A stretch of DNA of 63,735 bases, counting the filler, from Aduncisulcus paluster (taxonomy: Eukaryota), in NCBI GenBank assembly GCA_024181965.1. It is 16 parts of 16 records of this genome, joined end to end, with 100 filler letters (N's around TTAATTAATTAA, not from the genome) between each part and the next. Parts side by side here need not be neighbours in the genome. Positions count along the whole stretch, not along the records: positions 24,220 to 26,301 come from BQXS01009771.1; positions 26,402 to 40,365 come from BQXS01009772.1; 14 more parts are not named here. One strand, written 5' to 3'. Positions 24,220-35,547 of this stretch are shown here, piece after piece. How positions within the stretch are numbered: the first letter of the stretch is position 1; each line of letters opens with the position of its first letter. The notes under the pieces are model-generated. The model did no database searches. It saw only the letters and a list, made by a program, of their open reading frames with translations, and was not told the origin of the DNA. A program made the translations under genes and the position numbers.

Positions 24220-24564
24220 GGACTCGAAACTCTCGGATTCGATTTATATGCATCATATCTCAAGAAAAATTCATTGAGATCTTCCAAAGTGTATTTGCGC
24301 AAACACGGTACGTCTACCGTTGCACCACTTGTAGTTTGAACTGTAGCTGGCATTTGTTCAATAATATTATTGTTAGCTGTTCTACAGAATTTATGCTTGG
24401 AGCAAATTTACTATTTTGAAATAAAATATAAATTCCCAGTTTTTGGATTTGAAACCAAACCGGAACCAAAAAATAAAACATTCTTAATCCTTTAATATAA
24501 TAAGATGATAACTTCAAAATAATAAATAATAATAATAGTTTCTGTCAATAATAAATAAACAACA
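24220..24564 (-). mobile_element. Ty3/Gypsy-like element A: putative 5' LTR (24564-24371) and gag start (ATG 24353)
   Basis: PCLRKYTLEDLNEFFLRYDAYK resembles PILKDITVKDCHAFIRDYDTYK in the neighbouring gag. TGTT..AACA termini are inferred from a single copy. Confidence 0.55.
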
Positions 24565-24565
24565 T

Positions 24566-26301
24566 TGTAATACCATCATACTAACAAATAAATTTTCTTG
24601 TAAAATATATTTTATTTTTCTCAACGTAATTATTCTCGAATCGGTTGTATTGACTTGCGGTAAGCAAGTGGCTAGCAAATTTTTTAAAATAGAGAATTAT
24701 CGGCTACATACCGGTAATGCCGGTTGATGCCGGTGGCCATCACAGTTGGAACCGTCTACAGGTTATTATTACTGATATTAGGGAATAATTCAGCGAATAA
24801 AATTTATTCAGGTTTCGACCAAGTCTCTGAGACTTAGTCTCGCCTTCGCATTGTAACGGACACAGGTCCATATTGCAGGGAAAAGGGCCGGTCAGGCACC
24901 TGATCACCTGCAGGGACGTTTACGCAGGTAAACGATCCTCCGAATAATTCTTATAGTAAATTTTGCTTCGCTTTAAAATATTTTATTTCATTTCGAGGTC
25001 CTGCAGCTATTTCAGATAAATTTATCTGCTTTTTATATATAAACTAATTACCACAACTTAAGTTAACAAGATGAGCTCATTTTATGGAACATTACGATCA
25101 TTGGACGACATTTTAGCCAATGTTAAGCGTTTTGCTTTTTCCAAAAAAGAAGGGAAACAAGTTCATTCGATTTGTCGGCAGATCGCAAATGAATTAAACA
25201 AACAATACCAATATGAGTTGGTAACAACCCATACGGAGGTCACTTCTGACGACCTTTGTCTGAAGCCTTTTCCAACAAGCGAGGAAGGAAAAGAAGAGTC
25301 CATAAAGGACTATACGAGTACCCCAGCAATGGGAAGAAGTGATTTTACATCATTTACATCGGTCAAATCATCTATTAGACCATTAGAAACAGTCAAAACC
25401 TCTATTAGACCATTGGAAACGGACTCTATTTCGGAAATATCTTCGAGACTGGTGAGGGAATCTAAACTGAAGAAACCCATTTTAAAAGACATCACTGTCA
25501 AGGATTGTCATGCATTTATTAGAGATTACGACACCTACAAAACCTTGGGAGGTATTAGTTCCGAAGATACATGCGTCACAGGTAGGGCAATGACAATCTG
25601 GAAGATGAGAACTCGTTCAGCCAACCCCGTCAATATTCGAGCTTTTATTAACGATTTCTTGAAACCCAGCAGTACGGGGGAATTAATTGCCCGTCTTAGA
25701 GAAGCGGAACTCAAAGACCCAGTAACACCTGAAGGATTGATGGGATTCGCTGCCGAGTACAAAGAGATCCTAGAAAATGCAAGAGCTACAGAACTCCAAA
25801 GGGCTGAAGCTATAGATATGTTTACAAGGAAGATTCCAATTCCGTCAGTAAGAAACATCCTTCTGGCAGGTATGAGGATTCATTCCGTCACCTCCCTCGA
25901 TGTGGCCTTAGACATCGCCCTGGAAGCGTTGAAAGATGCAAGGAAGACACATCATGCTCCGAGATCAAGGAAACAATCATCAGGAGGAGGCAAGAGAAGG
26001 AGATCCACGAAAACTTGCAATTATTGTTCGAAGGTCGGACACGATGAAACTGAGTGCAGAAAGAAGATGAGAGACGAAGCTCAGAAGAAACAGAAGGGTA
26101 GGAATGCAAGCTCAAGACATATCTCTATCGAAAACGAAGATGATTCTATGGAGGCTAGAAGTGTTGCAGCAAACCTTAGGATGCCAGAGAGGGAAATGCA
26201 CTGCTATGTGGAAGTAGCAGGAAAACCCGTCGATGTTGTCACACTTGCAGACACAGGAGCTGACTGCAATTTAGTCCACCCAACATTCTTCAAGAAAATC
26301 G
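24566..26301 (+). mobile_element. Ty3/Gypsy-like element B, 5' part
   Basis: Gag-protease ORF with a GC-richer structured leader. Candidate LTR 24566-24744 (TG..CA) is followed by PBS-like TGGAACCGTCTACAGG at 24747. Boundaries are uncertain. Confidence 0.7.
25071..26301 (+). CDS. gag: Gag with CCHC zinc knuckle, in frame with aspartic protease; 3' partial
   Basis: CNYCSKVGHDETEC (CX2CX4HX4C) and protease active site LADTGA. Confidence 0.88.
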
Positions 26302-26401
26302 NNNNNNNNNNNNNNNNNNNNNNNNNNNNNNNNNNNNNNNNNNNNTTAATTAATTAANNNNNNNNNNNNNNNNNNNNNNNNNNNNNNNNNNNNNNNNNNN
26401 N

Positions 26402-28431
26402 CACGCTGGAATGGAACGTCTGAATCGTACTGTGTTGGTCTGTGCTCGTTGCGTTCCTTGGAGATCAGTGGGAGTGATGATTCCATTGGTTCCGATCTGT
26501 CATCATTCACTTCTTTGCTGAACAACATATCCATTTGCAGTGGTCAGTGTGTCGGCAGTTATGATGCCTCTTCTTCTGATGGAACGAAAGTGTATCCATT
26601 GTCATCCACTCTGATACATCTTGATCTGTCCTCCAATGCTATCTCTGACCCTACCATCATTTCACTCCAGCCTGGTCTCTCTGGTGTGACACAGCTGACT
26701 CTGAGTGACAACTCCATCTCTGACCTTGCTCTGTTGCAACAAGCTATTGATGGTCTTGAGAATGTCGCATATGTTGATGTGAGTGACAATAGACTTGATT
26801 GTGGGTCGACTGTGTCTGTTTGTTTTGCAGCTCTTGATGATCTCTGTGAACGGGATTTATTGGGAGACAACGTTGAGGTTCTGTTTGGAGATGTGGTTGA
26901 TCCAACAGGTACCGTTTCCCAGGATACAACATCTCCATGTGGATCTGATTCTTCCTCTTCCTCTTCTTCATCATCATGCTCATATCTGGAAGATCATCTT
27001 GTATGTGGAGTTGATTATTCTGTTGACAATGTTGATGATACAGAGTTGACATGTATCTGTGGGTCAGGATACTATGAAGACATATCCTCAGGTGAATGTA
27101 TTTCTGCTTCTTCATCTGAATGTTCCAATTGTGGTGGTGAACGTGGTACATGTGTGTATGACTCTGACTCTGACTCTGACTCTAGTGATGAATCCTCCCC
27201 ACTATTCTGTGAGTGTTCAGATGGATGGTATGGAAACGATTGTTCATCCCTCTGTCCTGTTTCTGATGATCTTGGTTTGTGCAGTGGATCTTCTCGTGGA
27301 ACATGTGATGCTGCCACCCATACATGTGTGTGTGAGTCTGGGTATTATGGCTCAGCATGCCAACTGAGTTGTTCCGATGACGATTCTTGTGAGGGGAATG
27401 GAACATGTTCTGTTGGATCCTTTCTTGATCCATCCTCTTCTGATCCTTCTTCTGTGTCTTCTGAAGCTATTGTATGTGAATGTTCCTCAGGATGGTATGG
27501 ATCATCTTGTTTCTCAACAATCCCCACCGACGTGTTTGTGTCTTCTGATGGAGATGCTGAGGACTATCCTTGTGGTAGAGATTATTCTTATTCCGATAGT
27601 TCTGATCCCACAACCGCAAGCTATTCTGCATATGCGAATGAATCATCATCCACATGTGAATGTGCTCCACATGCTCTTGCTCTGAGTTCGTCTTCTGGGA
27701 CATGCATTGATCCTGCAACACACCCTGACTATCGAGATATTCCTGGAAATGATATAGCATGCTCTGAATGTGGCACCTCTGCTTCGAGCCATGGTGTTTG
27801 TGAGTTGAATGAGGAGACCATGGTTGCTTCTTGTTCATGCGAACATGGTTGGAACGGTTCGTATTGTGATGCGAATATTTGCCCAATTTCTTCGGATGGA
27901 GTTTTGTGTGGTGGACATGGTGAGTGTGACACGGCAACAGGTGAATGTGAATGTGTGGTGGACACAAGTGATGAAGATGACACGAATCCACAATACATTT
28001 GGTTTGGTGAATCATGCACTGATGAATGCCCAACACACCCTTCAAGTGACGTTCTTTGTTCCGGTCTTGGTGTGTGCAACCCTCTCACTCACTCGTGTCT
28101 GTGTGCATGGGGATTCAGTGGAGATGCATGTCAGTGGAACATGTGTGCCTTTGGTTACGGTGAGTATGGACATGACTCCGAATGTTTCGACCATGGATCG
28201 TGTGTTGCTGGTGATTCCTCCAAGAATGAGCCTCCATTCTACTGTTCGTGTAAGGTAGGTTGGGGTGGAATGTTCTGTGAACGTGACATTTGTTTGTGTG
28301 ACCCTGAGTCTTCGTATGGATGTGCCACAATCAGTGATGGGTCCAGAGCTTGTAAATGCAAGGAAGGGTGGTACGGAAGAGCTTGTGAGAGGAGATATTC
28401 GGGTTCACAGAGGCCATATAGTTTCTTTTAA
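26402..28431 (+). CDS. Leucine-rich repeat + multiple EGF-like (tenascin/teneurin-type) Cys-rich extracellular protein; 5' partial
   Basis: LRRs LDLSSNAISD, LTLSDNSISD and VDVSDNRL, then repeated C.G.G.C...C.C..GW.G..C units; no C-terminal transmembrane helix. Confidence 0.88.
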
Positions 28432-29001
28432 CTGAAAGTTTTTTTTATTTATTTATTTATTTATTTATTTTCAAGCTAACTTTTAATGATTGGATATTTT
28501 TATGTCCATTTTACTTGATATATATTTTTAAACTTCTAAATTTAACTTCTTTTCTTTGAGGATATTCTATACTGTACTATTGTTTCTCAATATCCTTTAA
28601 AGACTTACTTTGACATTTTTATGATTTCATATTTAACTGTCTTTTTATCTCTATTTGTATCTTCATTATTATTCATAATCATATTTTATTATCTATATTT
28701 ACAACATTTAATTCAGTTATAACATTTTACGAATAATTTTTATATCTTCATTTTTCTTCGCAAATTTACTACTAAAATATGTGTCAAAACAGTATCCTGT
28801 GGGTAATCGCAAGGGTTCAAATATTTTACTCACCAACTCTTCATAAAAGTTGTGTACGTACACACGGTGTACTTCCGACATCTAAATCGTGAGAATGAAG
28901 AGTTAATTTTTCAATTTAAGTCGGTTTTAAACTTTCACTCAATCTTTCAAAAATAATATTTTTATATGATAATCGTATGTAATAATTCGGATTTTAATAA
29001 A

Positions 29002-32000
29002 TCATTCCTTTAGATCTATCTTGTTTCTGATCCATTTCAACCAGGTTTTATATTGGATTGTTGTTGAATCCTTCATGATTCCAGCTAATGATATAATTGT
29101 CTCATCCAATAATTCGACCAATCTTTCCAATTTCTCCTGAATGACATCAATGGAATAGATTCTAATCACTTGAATCTTTTCTTTCATTTCCATCACAATA
29201 GATATAATCTTGACCAAATTAGCGAGCGACTCATCAATACTTCCTTCAGTTCTGGACAAAGAATATGCCATAGAAGGATGCGAAGAGAATAAATGGCACA
29301 TTGAAGAAGAGATTGGGGATGGAATGTAAGACATGGGATCCTTAATGATCTTCTTGATAGAAAATACGTAGGACGGCGAGAGAGTAAACATTGATTTCCA
29401 CACTTGAATAGAGTTTGCAGAGATTTCTCGACAGTCGTCAGATCCCACATATACAAAGCACACAATAATTGAATTATCTTCACAGCAACTAACACAAACA
29501 CATTCAGGAGTGAGGAATTCTAGACTTATTTCAGAGATATTGCAGGAATGAAGTTGTAAATTGAAGGTGAACCGTACATTACCACTTTCATCGAGACCAA
29601 TGACAGAGCCATCACGAGAGACAAAGTAACCAATATCGCCCAAATTATAGGGAGAAAGAGAAGCAGCAGAGGACGAGGAAGAAGTAGGCAAGATCGGCTG
29701 AAAGATACGATGAATAGTTCCCGAGGACCAAATAGCACATGGGGAAGCCAAAGAAAATGAAGGAATAGATGGATCAAGATCTTCGGATCGTGATAGTATT
29801 ATTGTATTTGAACACACACCGAAATTATACACATATATATNNNNNNNNNNNNNNNNNNNNGGAATGAAGTTGTAAATTGAAGGTGAACCGTACATTACCA
29901 CTTTCATCGAGACCAATGACAGAGCCATCACGAGAGACAAAGTAACCAATATCGCCCAAATTATAGGGAGAAAGAGAAGCAGCAGAGGACGAGGAAGAAG
30001 TAGGCAAGATCGGCTGAAAGATACGATGAATAGTTCCCGAGGACCAAATAGCACATGGGGAAGCCAAAGAAAATGAAGGAATAGATGGATCAAGATCTTC
30101 GGATCGTGATAGTATTATTGTATTTGAACACACACCGAAATTATACACATATATATTTCCAGATACACATCCGAAAATAGTGCATCCAGAACCGATCTCA
30201 ACCACTGATGTCACAATATCATCTAAAAATAGGTGAATTGGTATAATACCTTCATTATTCGAGGAAGAGATGTGAAGATTGAATGTTATAGATGTCTTTG
30301 CTGCATTTGCTGCACATGGAGTTATTAAGGTATTTCTTTTTGTCTTGATATCTAGTGCTTTACAAGGAATTGAAAGTAAATTCTTCTTCTTTCTTGCCCC
30401 AATTGTGGGAACAGCAACAGTACTATGCGTATGGCTATGACCCTGCCCCGATGATTGGATTTTCGAAGAAATGGAAGAGGAAATATCCTGTACAATCTGA
30501 GGTGTTGTATGTTGAGTCGTTATTAACTTATCAAGGAGGTATCGTAACGCATCTCCTTTCTTCTTCTCAGATTCAATTTCTTTCTGTGCTAACAATAAAG
30601 TCTTCTGCATTTCTTTATCAAACAAGCTTCTTGAGCCAGACATATTTTGAGATTTTCTTCCCCTTCCTCCTTCTATTCCTTCTCCTTCTGCTTGGTCATT
30701 TGAATCTTTCTTTCTTTCCTCCAATAGTTTCAACCAAGTCTTCTTTCGCATCGATTCCTCCTCTATTTTCTCATCAAGTCTGTCTGCATCACCGGGCACT
30801 GTGCTGTCATGATGTGTGTCCTCTTCGCTCTTTTCGATGAGTAACACCTCATCTTGTGAATGTTCAATATCTTGAATATCCTCTTCTTCATCTTCTTCAT
30901 CTTCTTCATCTTTTCTGTGATCTCCTTTCTTCTCTCTTCTTGCACTTTCTTTATCAACGATGGGATATTCTTCATCCTCAACTTCTTCATCCAGCTCTGT
31001 CAAATCACTCAAATCACTCACACTGATACTCTCACTGACACTAAATTCCTCAGGTTCAGATGAATATTCCTCATCGTCACATTCAAGGTCTGTAGCAGAA
31101 TGGTCATTCATGCCAACGTTGACGTTTGTAGAGGAGGCAGAAGTTGAAGATCTCTTCTTCTTTTCTCGTTGAAGTCGCTTCTTTCTCTCTTTTTCTTTCT
31201 CAGCATGTTCTTCGACACGGGCGAGACGTCGTTCTTCCTTGAGTTCATCATTCCAATGCCGACGTTCAGCAACACTGATAGTGGAACCAATAAAAGGTAT
31301 TCTTCCAATTTTAGAAACAGTGCCAGATGTTGAGAAAGTTCCCTGATCCTCAAAAAGAGAAAGATTCCATCTTCCAACTCTCACTTCTCTGCCTTCCCAG
31401 ATTCTAAGAAGATTCTTTCCATATATATACGAAGCACTATAACTCACACACGCAGAATATAAACGATCGATGTTGCTGCCACCGTACAATTGTTTGGACA
31501 ACGATGTGGTGTTGTTACCCTGTGTTGCACCCTTGGATATAATCTTACTTCTTGTTTTGTGCTGTTCTTTGATACTTTCAAGATCAGTTCCAATTATATT
31601 CACAGGTAGGATCCCACCCCAAGCAGCTATTTCTCCAGCGCTAATACCAATGGAAACACCATAACCTGAGCTTGAGAGAGCAGTGACCGTGAGGGTGCAG
31701 CACCCGAGAGTCTCACATAAAGTATGATGAGGCCCAGCAATAACGCGCGATTGATCTTCTAAATGACTCCCACCAACTTCAATTCGTCCCCCACCAATGC
31801 ACATATTCACTGATATACTCGTAATAAACCCAGGGAGTATATTGGGAACCACGATCAATGGGATATGTGAAATGGCAGGAATCCAGACAGAAACGGATCC
31901 CGATTCCTCTCCGACTGCGATTGGAGAAAAACATGTTGGTGGTTTGTATAATTGGGATATTTTTTCTTGAAGTCGGACTTCAGATTGATATCTGTTTGGC

Positions 32001-33875
32001 AGAGCTTCCTCGGGTTCCATTCTTTGGTGTAGTTTAACAAGGGGTTTCACGAGAGAGGAAGGTGGAGTGAATGAAGAACATCCAGATAGAAAAGCATTTT
32101 CTAAGACATCCATAGATTCTCTCTTCTCTCCTTCTTTCTCTTCCTCCTCTTCTTTCTCTTTTTTCCCGTTAATATCAATATTTCCATAAACACCATATCC
32201 AATCATAAAATCTCCCCATGAAATGGCACTCACTCTCTTTTCAGTATGCAACCCATCTCGATGCTTCAAGGGCAAAGCTCGAAGATTATGATCTGTGTGA
32301 AAGAGAAGTGGAACAGTCGTTGAGAATGGGTGTGATTTGAGTGTCTTTGCAGCCATGATCTGAGGGGTATCGTGATGCATAACTTTTTTAGAGAGGAGTT
32401 CTATGGATCCTCCAACACAAGATGATACCCGTTCATCAACAGAAAACACCGGAAGATGACTAGAAAGAGACGTGTGAACGGGTGGAGTGTATTTAACTTT
32501 AACGGAAGAGGAAGAAGAAGGAGAAGAAGAAGGAGAAGAAGAGAGGAATGGATAGTCGAAAATACTTCCTCTTGTCCATCCAATTTGGTATATATGATTA
32601 TCCTGATGCACAGAACTATGTTTGGATGATGTGGATGATTGAATATCTTTTGTTCCAATTATTCTTCGTTCTTTCTGCAGTTTAGCATCATAAGAAGTAA
32701 ACTCTTTCAATAATAAAGATAATTTAATAAGCGTATTCGTATTTGAGGAAGGGACAACACAACCACCACTGCCAGAAGACTCCAAAGTTGAAGAAGATGA
32801 GTGCTGTTCAAGGTGAGAGTAATGATGTTGAGCAGCCCCAACAAGGCAGGATATGCCACTCTCACCGACAGATAATGATAATATAGGCCCGTAATGTGAT
32901 GGAGGGAAAAGACGATGTTGTTTTAATCCAATGGTTAGTATAGCACTGGGAATGGATGCGTGGGCAGACGATGCATTTGGTTGTGATACAGATTGTGGAG
33001 ATTCTTTTTCTTCTTCTGTTTCTTCATATAAAATGACAACATTGGTCGTGTAAAGAACATAGAGAGAATGGAGGACAGGATGATAAGATACACAAAGGAT
33101 ATAATGATCCACACGTGGAGTGGAGACTCCAAGGGTGACAGAACTTGAATGGTTGCCAACATTGGCTGTTGTGGTGGAGGTAGAGCTCGAATGAGACCGT
33201 GATAACTGCCTATGAGTCGTTAGGTAATGTTGCATGAGGTCAACGCTTGGTATCTGGATATGTAACATCTCTTTGGGTTCAATCACTGGCATGAGAATAT
33301 ATTGCGTTGATTCAGCTGAAACAAATCCGGCATTCTTCTCATACTCTTGCCATTTGGCGATGAGAGAAGGTAAACAAATGGGATTTACGAAATCAACTTC
33401 AGAAACAGGCACTTTATGGGTATTAATATTGTATATGTATATAGTGTTATCTGTGTGTACAAGCATACGGGTTCCGTCTTTGTGGAAATGGATGGTTTTG
33501 TACTCGGATGTGCTACTAGGAAGTTTAACGCACTGTAAAATCATTTCTGGAGTAATCTTCTTATTAATCATCTTTTTGCCATCAATAACTTCCGGTAATT
33601 GGGACGTCAATGTTTTTGTAAAAAAAGTATGAGAATGTAAAAGCAATACATAGTAAGAAAAGTCAATCCCTGAACTTTCTTTATCAGAAGTTGAATCTAA
33701 TATCTTCTCTCGAACCAATAAGGCAAAATATGATTGTCCATAAAGGGCAGGATAAGCACAAACATCCCGAAAATAAACTAAGGGGAAAATAAGTATTAAA
33801 CAAACACAACATATTTCAGAAACCAATTTATCTTAACATACAATCTGATAAAAAAAACTTTTCAACCCGAACCAT
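29002..33875 (-). CDS. HIRA-like WD40 histone chaperone (tentative); exon 1 at 33875-33842, one gap duplication
   Basis: IAVGEESGSVSVW....PLIVVPNIL...ITSIS resembles the HIRA blade AVGS.DRSLSVW...RPLVV. An acidic central region and a C-terminal beta-rich domain (FGCVSGNIYVY) follow. The coding region is secure; the identity is less so. Confidence 0.5.
33778..33841 (-). other. Spliceosomal intron, 64 nt, phase 1
   Basis: GTATGT...TTTTCCCCTTAG. Removal joins ATG 33875 (MVRVEKFFLSD) in frame to FYFRDVCAYP and supplies the true ATG the ORF lacks. Confidence 0.8.
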
Positions 33876-34112
33876 GATGGGAATGTGCCAAAAAAACCCA
33901 CATTAAAATGATTTTTATTTTAACAGGAAGTAAAAGCCATATTAGAAAATATATTATTCGCAAAATCAATGAATGATATTATCCTTTTCATAATACGGTG
34001 GAAAAAATTGATTCATTGTCGCATCAATCATTTATCGACATTTTCGCATTAAAATGATCTTGTGTTGAATCTAATCTTGTTTTGAAACCCATAGCAGGGG
34101 AATTTTTATAAT

Positions 34113-35117
34113 ATGGTGAACAAAGAAAAATTCTTTCAAGCATTGTATAATTGGAGCATTAATGAAATGGCTACTGAAAGGAGTGATACTGAACGAGTCT
34201 CCCCCACTCCTATGACCGAAGAAGAGAAATCTTGGTTAAAAGAAGCAATGGGAAGTTTAATTGTAGATGGTGCCACATTGGTTAAACGGTATATTGATGC
34301 TCTACAACTTTCTGAACTTTCTGATGCAGAAAAGACAGGATTGCTTGAATCTCTCTTTGATTTAGTTGAAAATATTGATAATGCCAATGCTTTGCTTCGA
34401 ACAAAGCATGGATTATCAACCATCATTAAGCATACAAAACATTCATATTGTGACTCCATTCGGATCAATTCCATGAGAGTTCTTGCCGCTGTCGTTGATA
34501 CAAACCCAGAGGCACAAGGAGTAGCTGTTGGTTGTGGTATCCTTGCAGATTTATTTGGTATTACGGGACCATCTCTCAAAGACCAGTCTCCGGGTGTGCA
34601 ATCGGCCATTGTCAAGCTCTTGAGTGCTCTATTCCGAAACAGGTCTTCAGCTTTCTTATATATTGCACAGGTTAAAGCCGGATGTGACAGTCCAATTCGA
34701 TCACTTGAAGCTGCTGCTGCGACTCTTAGATACCGCGAAAAAACGAAAATTGATGAAACGAAGAATATTATTGAGCATAGTATTTCGTTGATCGAGAGAT
34801 TTAGTCTTCCAGATATCATTTCTAATCTGATTGAACTTGTCCTTTCCTCCCCTGAGAATATTTCATTGCTTCGACGTGTCTTGCATTTTGTTGTCTCCAT
34901 GTTCGATAACACAGTCCTTGGATATAGCGAAGGTCTTGGAAAGGCAGAGCTATTTCCCATGGTTGTCAATCCAAGGCTTGAGGGGTTGATATTCCCATTA
35001 ATCACCCACTGCATGGATATGAAAGAAGAAGATATAATAGAAATGGCCAAGGAATTGGATGGAGGATATCAAGATTTTATTGATCTCAGAAAATCGGTTG
35101 AAAAATATATGAAATGA
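34113..35117 (+). CDS. FES1: Hsp70 nucleotide exchange factor Fes1/HspBP1
   Basis: ALYNWSI, EEEKSWLKEAM, LE.L.DLVENIDNAN.L and NPEAQ, followed by ARM repeats. Confidence 0.85.
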   Translation: MVNKEKFFQALYNWSINEMATERSDTERVSPTPMTEEEKSWLKEAMGSLIVDGATLVKRYIDALQLSELSDAEKTGLLESLFDLVENIDNANALLRTKHGLSTIIKHTKHSYCDSIRINSMRVLAAVVDTNPEAQGVAVGCGILADLFGITGPSLKDQSPGVQSAIVKLLSALFRNRSSAFLYIAQVKAGCDSPIRSLEAAAATLRYREKTKIDETKNIIEHSISLIERFSLPDIISNLIELVLSSPENISLLRRVLHFVVSMFDNTVLGYSEGLGKAELFPMVVNPRLEGLIFPLITHCMDMKEEDIIEMAKELDGGYQDFIDLRKSVEKYMK

Positions 35118-35547
35118 AACCGAATAAAGAAAAATAACAAAAATAAAATAAAATCATTGTTTAATTCTTTTTAACGAATAAAAATCTTCAATGCTTTATG
35201 ATATTCGTCAAAAGCACAACCCAGGTTTTAAACCCCGGACCTCGGGCCGAGGTTTTCTCCTTCGAATACTTCCTGAGTACACATTCAAGTATTCATTACC
35301 GAACATAGCTTGTAGAATTTGAGCAAAATAGTATGTATTTTTGTTGTATTATTCACCATTCTTTCTATAGGACGATCTATGAAATATCATGGAGTTAAAG
35401 GGCGATTTGTGAATATTTACGGCTTTTTATGAAACATTATTTCATTTTATTAACCATTTTTAACTATAAATTTTTTTTTCAAATGTTTTCGGGGTTCATT
35501 CGATTTTCTTGTAATAGAGAATTTCATACTCACTCCCTGAAGTCTAT

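Noticed and set aside
34136-35050. 304-aa antisense ORF, and similar shadow ORFs over PFOR, SAHH-like and EGF genes
   Set aside because: They lie opposite or out of frame to well-supported genes and have no motifs.
35331-35370. Third GTATGT..TAG intron candidate (40 nt, + strand)
   Set aside because: No flanking reading frame is restored; it cannot be supported without transcripts.
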